From assembly GCA_052327205.1 (NCBI GenBank), contig CM126211.1, forward strand, positions 142,414,001 to 142,478,000: DNA of 64,000 bases, in the 5' to 3' direction. The translations under genes were made by a program, and so were the position numbers. The notes beneath the pieces are model-generated. The model saw nothing but the letters and a program-made list of their open reading frames with translations. It made no database searches and was not told the origin of the DNA. Shown piece after piece: positions 24,901 through 35,387 of this stretch. This DNA comes from Somniosus microcephalus (taxonomy: Eukaryota). Numbering within the stretch: position 1 is the stretch's first letter; each line of letters begins with the position of its first letter.

Positions 24901-27065
24901 CACCCACTGAACACCCTACTGCAAACAGGGTACCATGGAAGTGGGATGACGAACGTAGACGAGCTTTCCAGAAGTGTAAAGAATTGATCACATCAAAAGA
25001 GGTGTTGGCCCATTTCAACCCAACACTACCAATTCATTTGGCATGTGATGCATCACCCTATGGTATTGGAGCGGTGCTGTCGCACAAATTCCCAGACGGG
25101 TTGGAAAGGCCAGTAGCCTTTGCGTCTCAGTCACTAACCTCAGCCGAGCGCAACTATGCCCAGATTGACAGGGAGGCCCTCAGCCTAGTATGGGGAGTAA
25201 AAAAATTCAACCACTATCTGCATGGGCAGAAGTTCACCTTGCTGACTGACCACCAACCACTTGTCTCCATCTTTAATCCTAAGAAGGGCGTTCCAGTGAT
25301 GAATGCACAACGGTTACAAAGATGGTCCCTGTTTCTAGGGGCGAATCAATATGAAATAGAATATAAAGGCACGAAACAGCATGGGAACGCTGATGGGCTA
25401 TCGTGCCTGCCACTGCTTACTGTGGAGGAAGCACCAGCAGTGGGCCCTATCGAGATATTTTATTCGTCAATAATTGAACGATTGCCAGTAACGAACACGG
25501 ATATAGAGAAGGAGACCCGCAATGATCCGACGCTGTCTCGGGTATATGATTTGACGGTGAGGGGATGGCCAACACATGGCGACTCACTGTTGCCAGCATT
25601 CTCATCCAGAAGAGAACAGCTGTCAGTATGCCAGGGGACAGTGGTGTGTGGATCCAGAGTGGTGATTCCACCCAAGTTAAGGGAGAGAGTGCTAAATGAG
25701 CTACATGAAGGTCATCTGGGGGGAGTGAAAATGAAAAGCCTTGCTAGGGCTTATGTGTGGTGGCCGGGAATCGATCAACAAATCGAAGACCTAACTAAGA
25801 GCTGCTTAGGATGCCAGAAGGTCCAAAATGCACCACCACATGCCCCTCTACACCCATGGGAGTGGCCCTCCTCTCCATGGCAACGGGTGCATATTGATTT
25901 CGCTGGTCCATTCATGGACTCAATGTTCTTAATAGCAGTGGATGCTCATTCAAAGTGGCCTGAGGTGATAAAAATGTCTTCAACCACTGCAGAGAAAATG
26001 ATTGCAGTCCTACAGACCATATTTGCCAGAAACGGTTTGCCAGAGCAGATTTGCTCTGATAATGGACCCCAGTTTGTGTCCGAAGAGTTTCAAAAATTTA
26101 TGAGAAGGAATGGGGTAAGGCATTACACATCCGCCCCGTATCATCCAGCCACAAATGGATTGGCTGAGAGGTTCGTACAAACCTTTAAGAAGGCAATAAA
26201 GGCCATGTGCGATGATAAAATTCCACTACAGCATAAGATGGACAATTTCATATTAGCCTACCGAAACGCGACACATGCAGTTACCAACCAGACCCCAGCC
26301 ATGATGTTCTTTAACCGAAGGTTGAGATCTCGTCTGGACTTGCTCAGACCAAATGTGCGAAGAAATGTTGAGGACAAACAATTCCAGCACATCAATGAGA
26401 AGCCGACGAGGAGCTTCAATGTAGGGCAACCAGTCTTGGCCGTGACTATCGAACAGAGAAATGGCAACCCGGAATGATATGCACAAGGCAGGGGCCATTA
26501 ATGTACACAGTGGATGTCAGGGAGAACATTGTGAGACGCCACGTCGATCAGATCTTAGCGTCACAGGAACACATCAACCCCATGTCTCGAGTACCTGGGG
26601 ATGAACCCGATATACCGGTAGCATCTACCTCAGAACCAGTAGCAGTGGAACCCGATGAACTACCCGATGAAAAGGGGTCAGAATCGCCTCTGCACCAAGA
26701 ACAAGAACCTCAGGAAAGGCGCTATCCCGAAAGGGTCAGGAAGCCGCCCCAAAGACTGAATCTATAAATGGACTATTGTTGTTTAATGTACATGTTAAAG
26801 TGTTAATTGTTATTTGAATATTAGGGGTACTACTAAACTAAAAGGGGAGGAATTGTAGTGTATGTGCCTTTAAGACAGAACTGCTTTTACAGCTCCTGTA
26901 TACTGTAGTACCGGCAGTGACCACAACTGTATATAAGCTTTGCGCATGCCTCTGTACCCCCAGTCTTGAGACTACCCTCCTCCAGTAAAGACCTGTTTAT
27001 TGTTAACTTACAGCATCCGTGTGGTTATTGAATAACAGCATACCCTCAGAATCACGGATCTAACA
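21959..27065 (+). mobile_element. Gypsy (Mag-like) LTR retrotransposon A, full length
   Basis: 212-bp TG...CA LTRs (21959-22170, 26854-27065), TSD GAGCT, PBS TGGCGACGAG (complementary to the tRNA-Ser 3' end), PPT AAAAGGGGAGGAA. Confidence 0.97.
22824..26767 (+). pseudogene. gag-pol of element A (CCHC x2, protease, RT, RNase H, integrase)
   Basis: CYRCGRTTHDQKDC and CRQCGKAGHIARVC, LDTGS, YLDDIL, CDAS, HIDFAG/SDNG/AERF; stops at 24474 and 24862, frameshifts near 24490, 24930 and 26440. Confidence 0.95.
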
Positions 27066-27546
27066 GAGCTAATGATTGACATCAGTACAGAGTGAATAAT
27101 CCCTACCATGTCTTAGACATCCTGTGAATGTACAGGTATTATGTTCACAACATCTATGGCAGCACTGTTAGCTACTACTCCAGCAGTTACTGATGTCCTC
27201 AGAACCTGTTTCTGGTATCTCAATACCATAGTAATCTCCTGGGCTGTCACTACCTCCAGGGTGTTCTGCAGGCAGTGGGAAACTTTCCACAGTGCTTTGC
27301 TCATTGTCTCAACTATATGCCTGGAAAGTGTCTCTGCTGCCTGCATATGAGATGAATGCTCTTTCATAACTCTTTTGAAGACTTGGCACCTAAGATCTGG
27401 GACCTATGAAGAAGTGTATATCCACTTCCGAAGAAATAACGACACCAGGACCATAGGGAATGGATGGTGGCAGCCATCTAGGCTCCAAATTAAGAGGTCA
27501 CAGATGTCCCCAATTAAACAAACAAGCAAGGGGTTATATAAACCAA

Positions 27547-27896
27547 GGGGGAAAAATTCAGTTGGTTTGTGCCTCCCGTTAGCGCCTTAAGAGGCACTAA
27601 CAGGGTGCAAAGCAATTAGTGCCTGTCCGCGGCGATGTTTGCGCTGCTCACGAAATTAACTAGACATTTTGCGGCGGTGCTAAACACAACCGCCACGATC
27701 TCCTGCACCGGCAGATCGTGACGTCAGTCGAGTGTGCAACGCCCCGGACCGGATATTGAGTGGCGCCCCCTGCCTTACCGCCTGCCGCTAACAACGACAG
27801 GTTGAGGGGAGTGTTTTGCAGTCAGGAAGGGACTGGGGGAGCGCTATTTAAAGGCAAACACTTCCTGCCTTTTTTTATTGGTGACACTTTTGCACC

Positions 27897-27937
<41 letters not shown>

Positions 27938-28446
27938 CAGACTTCTGGAGAGATTCAATGCTGTGTGAAGGAGTTTTGGGTACTGAGCAGCACTTTGCAG
28001 GTTCATTTTGATTTGCCCTTCCTTGTATCAATTTAGAAGAGACTGTGGGGGCTGCACGCTGAGCTCTTTCCCTGGTTCTCTCCATTGTTCTTTCCAGCAA
28101 ATTTGATGTACAGGTCTCTCCAGGCCGAGATTCAAGGCAGCAATGAGCAGGATGTGGATGGAGAGCAAGATCGTCCCTCCCCTTTAAAAACTGGCCGGTG
28201 CCAGTGTGTCTGTGTTCCATTGATGACTGACATCACATGAGCTTCGCCAGCGCTCTGAGGTAGCGCCTCGCTCCTTGGCCTTTGCACCTTAAGACAGGTG
28301 TGAAGCGCCTGATTTAGCGCTCCAATCACCTCCAGGGGCGATAAAAGCCAAGTTTGCAGTCGGAGGCGATAATTAGCGCCAGGCGCTAATCTTTGTGCCC
28401 GGCCGATAATTGCGCCCCAAATGGGGCGATACTGAATTTTTCCCCC
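27547..28446. mobile_element. Internally deleted non-autonomous Harbinger of the 15160-19146 family
   Basis: TIRs GGGGGAAAAATTCAGT / ACTGAATTTTTCCCCC, TSD caa/cga; left half aligns to 15160-15640, right half to 18760-19146; (GA)n at 27905-27933. Confidence 0.88.
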
Positions 28447-28659
28447 CGAAGCTTTTAGATTAGGGGCCGATGAGCAGGATAGTAAGACATCAGTCCGTGA
28501 CAATGAATCTAACAACAAAAGTATGCAGGAGCCCTGAACTGCCTTCGATTGTCTGAACTGAATTTCTATTGAAAACACAAAGAGGCGATACAACTGTATG
28601 AGAGGTAAGGAGGTGCATGAATGCTGACTGAGTGGTCAGAATGTGTACTGGCAACAGTG

Positions 28660-28920
28660 CTTAGACTTACTTTAGTTGCCCTTGTGAAATCATTGAATCT
28701 TGTCCACCACGCTGTGGCAGTTTTTGGGATGATGGACATGACATTGACCATCACTGCTACCTGTCTTCCTACAGACTGTGCCACTCTCTTAAGGGGTTTC
28801 CTGCACTCAGTTCCCAACAATTTTGATCTTCTGGTCTTGATTCCTGCTAAATAGACTCTGGGGATGTGTCCTAGAATCTGGACACCCTTCCAGCTGCTGA
28901 CACTCATGAGGATGCTGCCC
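28660..28920 (-). pseudogene. Degenerate Myb/SANT exon of an ancient Harbinger
   Basis: ...KTATAWWTRFNDFTRATK followed by a GTAAGT donor, matching the KFNDLTRxxR/GT exon end of the other Harbingers. Confidence 0.5.
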
Positions 28921-30074
28921 TTTATCTGGCTCAGGCTTTTTAAAGGCCGCACCAGAAATTTATTTCTGTCCCTCCTAACGGCGGCAAGCTTATCTGAAGC
29001 AGCATTATCCAAATTCATCCTGCATAGAAAGTGAGGGCTCCAGGAGGAAATTACAGTGGGTTAGCGGTGCATTCACATTGGCGGCATTTCCTCTCTGCTG
29101 TTAACCCACCACTGGGAGGGCCATCCAGGCGTATGTGTTTTCAATTCTTCTTTCCAATTCACATATGAAAAATTATACTGTCCATTAAAACTTTAGGTCC
29201 CATTATGTGTGAACATATTAAAACGCTATCAATAATACTACAAAACTTGAAAGCAGGTATTTAGTAGGCCTAATCCAGATAAAAATAGGGACAGTCAAAT
29301 AACCTAGGATTTGACCCAAGCCTTTTAAGCTGTTAGGCATGTAGCTAGCTTCACCACAGTGCAGTAAATAAAGCGAGAAATTTGACAGACCATGGATTTG
29401 ATGACTGGAATTGAGGGCATCAGCAACAAGCTATAGTTTGATCAGTCCCATCTGCTGTGGGCTTATTGTTGCGGTTGGGGTAATCTGCCCCAAATATTGT
29501 GGGGTAAAAGCTTGTGTTGGGATAACCGGTCAGGTCTAATAGCCACACTCCAGGTATTGCAGCTACGGAATTTCCTATATAGGTTATCATTTGTTCAATT
29601 TCTTGAAAACAGCTGTACTGGTAAAGTTGAAAGTCAGTCATTTGTATTAGATCAAAATTGCTACAGACTGAAGTGATGGCAATGGCATACATTTTCCCAT
29701 TTTTTTCTCAAAAGAGACTGTGAGGGCAGCGAAATGTTTCTAGACTTGACATCACTTGCCATCTACATCAATAAAAACTACCGATTCCAATCTACTTATT
29801 CAAATGATAATAACATGTCAAAGTAATTAAGGAAATGTTAAATTCAAGCATGTAGATAAGCTGGTGATTATGTAAATCTAGCCAACCCACAATTTGGGAG
29901 CTGTCAATTCAACCTGTTTCTAGATATATCGTCACCTTAGGTTTCACCTAATTTCATAACTGAATAGAAGATTGTAGTGTCCTGTTACAAATTAATCCTC
30001 AGGCATGAAGTTCTGTTCAGCAGCACAAAAATTGCATTCTTAGATTTGAAAGATGAGAAATGTGTACAATATTT

Positions 30075-30400
30075 GAGGTACGGTAGCATAGTGACTATGT
30101 TACTCGAAAGTAATCCAGAAGCCTGGACTAATAATCCAGAGACGTGAGTTTAAATCCCACAACGGCAGCTGTGGAATTTAAATTCAGTTAATTAAATAAA
30201 TCTGGAAGAAAAAGCTAGTATCAGTAACGGTAACCATGAAACTATCGGATTGTCGTAAAAACCTATCTGGTTCACTAATGTCCTTTAGGGAAGGAAATCT
30301 GCCATCCTTACCTGGCCTGGCCCATATGTGACTCCAGACCCACAGCAATGAGGTTGACTCTTAACTGCCCTCTGAAATGGCCTAGCTAGCTACTCAGTTG
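30075..30400 (+). mobile_element. tRNA-derived SINE-like head directly 5' of a LINE ORF
   Basis: A-box-like GGTAGCATAGTG (about 30082) and B-box-like GAGTTTAAATCCC (about 30146), followed by a SINE-core-like segment ggttcactaatgtcctttagggaaggaaatctgcc. Confidence 0.6.
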
Positions 30401-31798
30401 TAACAAACCACTACAAGAAACAATAATAAGAATAAAACCGGACGGACAACTCGGCATCGAGCTCAGCACCGGTTTCGGACACAACACAGGCACACCCAGC
30501 CCAGTCGACCCTGCAAAGTCCTCCTCACTAACATCTGGGGACTTGTGACAGAATTGGGAGAGCTGTCCCACAGACTAGTAAAGCAACAGCCTGACACAGT
30601 CATACTCACAGAATCATACCTTTCAGCCAATGTCCCAAACTCTTCCACCACCATCCCTGCATATGTCCTGTCCCACCGGCAGGACAGACCCACCAGAGGT
30701 GACGGCACAGTGGTATACAGTCGGGAGGGAGTGGCCTTGGGAGTCCTCAACATTGATTCCGGACCCCATGAATTCTCATGGCTTCAGGTCAAACATGAAC
30801 AAGGAAACCTCCTGCTGATTACCACCTACCATCCTCGCTCAGCTGATGAATCAGTACTCCTCCATGTTGAACACCACTAGGAAGAAGCACTGAGAGTAGC
30901 AAGGACACAGAATGTACTCTGGGTGGAGGACTTCAGTCTCCATTACCAAGAGTGGCTCGGCAGCACCACTACTGACCGAGCTGGCCAAGTCCTGAAGGAC
31001 ATAGCTGTCAGGCTGGGCCTGCAGCAGGTGGTGAGAGAACCAACACAAGGGAAAACCTATTTGACCTCATCCTCACTAGTCTACCTGTCGCAGATGCATC
31101 TGTCCATGACAGTATTGGTAGCAGTGACCACTGCACAGTCCTTGTGGAAATAAAGTCCAGTCTTCACACTGAGGACACCTTCCATCGTGTTGTGTGGCTC
31201 TACCACTGTGCTAAATGGGATAGATTCAAAACAGATCTAGCAGCCCAAAACTGGGCATCCATGAGGCGCTGTGGGCCATCAACAGCAGCAGAATTGTATT
31301 CCACCACAATCTATAACCTGATGGCCCAGCATATCCCTCACTCTAACATTAACATCAAGCCAGGCGACCAACCCTGGTTCAATGAGAAGTGTAGAAGAGC
31401 ATGCCAGGAACAGCACCAAGCATACCTAAAAATTAGGGCCTAGAAATTCAGTATAGCCACTTTTGGGGCGGTAAAGTCGGGCGGGCGCTAAAGTTTGCGC
31501 CCGCCGGAAAGTGGAGGCCACTTCGCCGATATTCAGTAGCTTTGGCCAAGGAGTTTGCTCGAGCGCTAAAACCGGCGTTGCACCCCTATCTTTAGGCGCT
31601 AAGCCGACGGTGCAGACTGATACCGCCGAGGCCGGGCGCAGCGCAGGTGCGGTCATGTTTTGATTGACAGCAGACACCCTGGCTCCGGCCAGCTCTTAAA
31701 GGGGGAAGGGTCGACTTGGTCTGCTGCCACGCCCTGGATACTGCAGCCCTCCAGCTAGGCCTAAACACTGCTGCTGGAGAGAAATAGCGCCAGCAACG

Positions 31799-33914
31799 AT
31801 GCAGAGGGCCCGTGAGCGAGCGCAGTGCTTCTTTGCCCATGATTTGAAGGTGCTGCTTAGGGGTTTGGAGAAGAGAAGAGATATCTTGTGCCCGGACAGT
31901 GGCAAGAAGGCTCCCAAGAGGCTGTACAGGAGAGCCTGGAGGGAAATCGCCCAGAGGGTCACAGCCAACAGCGATGTCCCGAGGACTGATGACCAATGCC
32001 GGAAAAAGTTTAACGACCTCACTCGGTTGGTCAGGGTGAGTACCCTTTCCATTGTCCTCCTCATCCTTGCATGTGCACCTCACATTATGGGCAAAGGGAC
32101 CTCAAAGGCCTAATGGCCAGCCCTCCTCCAGCAGCTATGGCACTGGCATGAACATCAATAGCACTTTCTGCACTTTACACACTGGCCAAGCTATTCAACC
32201 ATGGGAGGCAGTGCACACAACAACAGGGCACCACACTGGCCAAGCTATTCCACCATGGGAGGCAGTGCACACAACAACAGGGCACCACACTGTACTTAGA
32301 GGCCGTCCTTTCTCTTGCAGGCCAAGCTGGCCCAGAATCTGAAGAGCCGGACTGTCGCCGGGGGAGGCCGTGCCCAGTTCCAGGAGCTCAGTCAGCTGGA
32401 GGAGCGCGTGGGTCGACTCATGGGTGCCCGGGTGATTGGCCCCGTTGCAATTGGAGATGCCGACCCTGTGCTGGGCCCCAATGGTAAGGACATGAGCGTT
32501 TGGACCTCTCTCGTTCCCCTTGCACTTCAGATCTACATCCTTTGCCACTGTCCGACCAATGCGCATAATGCGACCACTCATGCCTCCCTCGCCGACGCCC
32601 TGTCCTCACTCTAAAGCTACTCTTGTGCCTTCCTGCTTTCAGCTGGTGAGGAGGAGGTCCCTGAGGCTGCGAGTGTCAGTCCCTCAGAAGAGGAGGACGA
32701 CGAGGAGCAAGAGGAAGGCGGCACATCGGGGGAACCCTCATCCACGCCAGGGGATGGCAATGGAGGGGACACGTCTTGCCTGGAGGAGAGCCAGGGGGAA
32801 GTGTTGCAGGGGGGTGAAGCTCCTGTGCCCAGTGGCGTCCAGCCATGCGGGAAGGGTCGGGCAGCACGGCTGCCTTCTCCCCAGAGGGGGGGAAGTGTTG
32901 CAGGGGAGTGTAGTTCCTGTGCCCAGTGGCATCCTGCCACGCGGGAAGGGTCGGCCAGCTCGGCGGCCTTCTCCCCAGAGGGGGGAAGTGTTGCAGGGGA
33001 GTACAGTTGCTGGGCCCAGTGGCGTCCAGCCATGCGGGAAGGGTCGGGCAGCTCGGCAGCCTTCTCCCCAGAGGGAGAGTCCGGCCTCCGGTCCGGAGAC
33101 GGTCCTCGCCCAGGAGGTGCGCCTCCTTGATCAAATGTCCGCGGACTCGGATCGTCGGCACACCGAGTTCATGGGGGTTGTGGGAAGGTTGCCTGAGGCC
33201 ATTGAGTCCCTGGCTCATAGTGTGGCTGATTTCGGGGCCTCACAGGCCAGGGGTTTAGAAGAACTCGCGGCAGCACAGGCCAGGGGTCACAAACAATTCG
33301 GGGCAGCACAGGCCAGGGGTCACGAAGAATTCAGGGCATCACAGGACGCGAGTCGGGCCGATTTCAGGACAGCACAGGCAGCGAGTGCAGAGTTGATGAG
33401 TGGTGCCGTGCAGTCACTGGCTGGTCTGATGCGGGCACAGACCAGGGCAGTACGGGCACTCACTGCTGCCACACTCGCTGTGTCACGCACGCATCGCCAG
33501 GGCACCCGCCGCGCTGCTGCAGCACAGCGGTCTGGGCTTCACCAGATTGCTGCGCTTGCTGCAGTGCCAGCCCGGCCGACTGCCAGTGTCTCTGGCGACC
33601 AGCGAGCGCCTGGCATCAGCCAGCTTGCCCCCATTGCTGCAGCCGCCACTGCCACTCCCCCAGCAAAGCTGCGACGAGCTGCTGGAGAGACTGATGCTGC
33701 CCAGCCACAGCTGCAGCAGTCAGCAGCCGGCCACTCCAGGGCCGGAGCTCGTCTAGGCCGACCCCCAAGGGCATCTGCCGTCACGCATTGTGCCCCTCAG
33801 GAGCCTTCCCCCAGCCTTGCAACACCCACAGGGCCCAGGTTGAGGCGGAGCAGCAGGTCGGCCAGGGGCCGGAAAAGCCTGGACAAGGACTCGCCCTCTC
33901 GGCACACAAAGTAG
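31799..33914 (+). CDS. Harbinger Myb/SANT DNA-binding protein, 3 exons (31799-32035, 32321-32483, 32643-33914); one +1 frameshift at about 32890
   Basis: MQRARERAQCF...WREIAQRV...RTDDQCRKKFNDL; phase-consistent GT/AG junctions; acidic region, 31-aa repeats and an Ala-rich coiled-coil-like C-terminus. Confidence 0.82.
32178..32292 (+). repeat. 54-bp tandem duplication in intron 1 of the Myb gene
   Basis: cacactggccaagctattc...aacagggcac occurs twice with one mismatch. Confidence 0.9.
32795..33075 (+). repeat. 93-bp (31-aa) tandem repeat x3
   Basis: gaagtgttgcag starts at 32798, 32892 and 32985; unit GEVLQG....PSG..P.GKGR.AR.PSPQR. Confidence 0.9.
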
Positions 33915-34211
33915 AGTGTGTTGCCAAATGTTTTTTTATATGGGGGTGTTTGTGTTCTCTATGGGGGGGTTTGTCTTGGTAAGGCCGAGGATGAAGGCCA
34001 TTTGGAGGGACAAGTTTTGTTATTCCTCCCCAGGTTGTGGGAGTGAGATATGTTTTTGACTGTTTTTTGGGGGTGTTGTCTGTTTTTGGGTTTCATGTGG
34101 GAAGGGCCCTGAGTTTGTTCAATAAAGCTTTTTATTTATTCAGCTTGTCCATGTGTGATGTTTCAAGTGGTTGTTGCGTTAACCGGCTGAGGGCTTGCGG
34201 AGCGGCTGCAT

Positions 34212-35387
34212 TCAGGTGCGTTCATTGCCACAAGCCATTCCCTGACAGTGTCGTTCAATAAGCCACTGACGGACGGCCCTTGGACCTTGTGGCTCCCTCC
34301 TGAGCTGGTACTCCTCTTCCTCCTCCTCCTCATGGTCCTCCTGCTCGTCCTCCTGAGGTGGTGGTCCAACGTGAGGTGGCAGTGCCTGAGTCCTGCGGAT
34401 AGCCAGGTTGTGCAGCATGCAGCAAACGACGACGAACTGGGAGACTCTATCCGGCGAATACTGTAGAGATCCGCCGGAACGATCCAGGCAGCGGAACCGT
34501 TGCTTGAGGACGCCAATCGTTTGCTCTATGATGTTCCTTGTGGCTTGATGGCTTTCGTTGTATGCCTCCTCAGCAGGGGTCCTGGGCGCGCGGCGCGGGG
34601 TCATGAGCCATGTACACAAAGGATAGCCTTTGTCCCCGATAAGCCATCCTCTTGGGGGAGGCTGTGCCTGGAACATGTCAGCCACAGTAGTCTGGCGCAG
34701 GATAAATGCATCGTGGCTGCTTCCTGGAAAGCGGGCATTGACAGCTAGGATGCGCTGCCTGTGTTCACACACCAGCTGTACATTGAGGGAATGGTAGCCC
34801 TTCCGGTTGCGGTAATCCTCGGCATTGTCGATAGGTGCCCGCATAGCCACATGCGTGCAGTCAATGGCGCCCTGCACCATGGGGAAGTCGGCGATCCTCG
34901 CAAATCCGACTGCACGCTGCTCCTGCCTCTCTAGGGTCATGGGGAAGGAGATGAATTGGTGTCTCCTTGCGAAAAGGGCATCGGTGACCTGCCGGATGCA
35001 GCGATGCACGGCAAACTGGGAGATGTTCGATATGTCCCCAGCAGCGGCTTGGAAGGAGCCGCTTGCATAAAAGTTCAGAGCCACCGTGACCTTCACTTCC
35101 ACCGACAGAGACGTCCTGCACATCAGCTGTGGACGCAGATCTCTGTGAAGCAGCTGGCAGATCTCTGCAACCACCTCCCTTCTGAAGCGCAGCCTCTTAA
35201 CACACTGCGCGGCAGTCATGGTGAGATAGGACACCTGCTGGCGGTATTCCCTGAGTGGGTAAGGCCTACGTTGCCGACGCCTGATGGCCCCTCTGCGTCT
35301 AGGCATGGCTGCCCCTCTCACACAGCGTCTGCGAGCCGTTCGCACATAATGCTGGAACTGAGGGTTGGAACCCCATGCAGCCCCCAT
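34212..35387 (-). CDS. Harbinger DDE transposase, uninterrupted ORF (391 aa from ATG 35387)
   Basis: GAIDCTHV, RNRKGYHSLNVQ, FPGSSHDAF, IGDKGYP, IIEQTIGVLKQRFRCL, CCMLHN all in one frame; TATA-like tataaagg upstream at about 35547-35554 (-). Confidence 0.93.
   Translation of the reverse strand: MGAAWGSNPQFQHYVRTARRRCVRGAAMPRRRGAIRRRQRRPYPLREYRQQVSYLTMTAAQCVKRLRFRREVVAEICQLLHRDLRPQLMCRTSLSVEVKVTVALNFYASGSFQAAAGDISNISQFAVHRCIRQVTDALFARRHQFISFPMTLERQEQRAVGFARIADFPMVQGAIDCTHVAMRAPIDNAEDYRNRKGYHSLNVQLVCEHRQRILAVNARFPGSSHDAFILRQTTVADMFQAQPPPRGWLIGDKGYPLCTWLMTPRRAPRTPAEEAYNESHQATRNIIEQTIGVLKQRFRCLDRSGGSLQYSPDRVSQFVVVCCMLHNLAIRRTQALPPHVGPPPQEDEQEDHEEEEEEEYQLRREPQGPRAVRQWLIERHCQGMACGNERT

Noticed and set aside
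29420-29692. 90-aa minus-strand ORF in apparently unique sequence
   Set aside because: No recognisable domain or convincing splice context; cannot be supported without a homology search.
30075-30165. Functional tRNA gene
   Set aside because: Degenerate A/B boxes, no convincing cloverleaf or terminator; continues into repeat sequence.
32178-33075. CRISPR-like repeat array
   Set aside because: Contiguous tandem duplications without unique spacers, in eukaryotic transposon sequence.
34212-35387. Host HARBI1 gene
   Set aside because: Lies between TIRs with a TSD, is paired with a Myb gene and sits inside a LINE: a transposon copy, not the domesticated gene.
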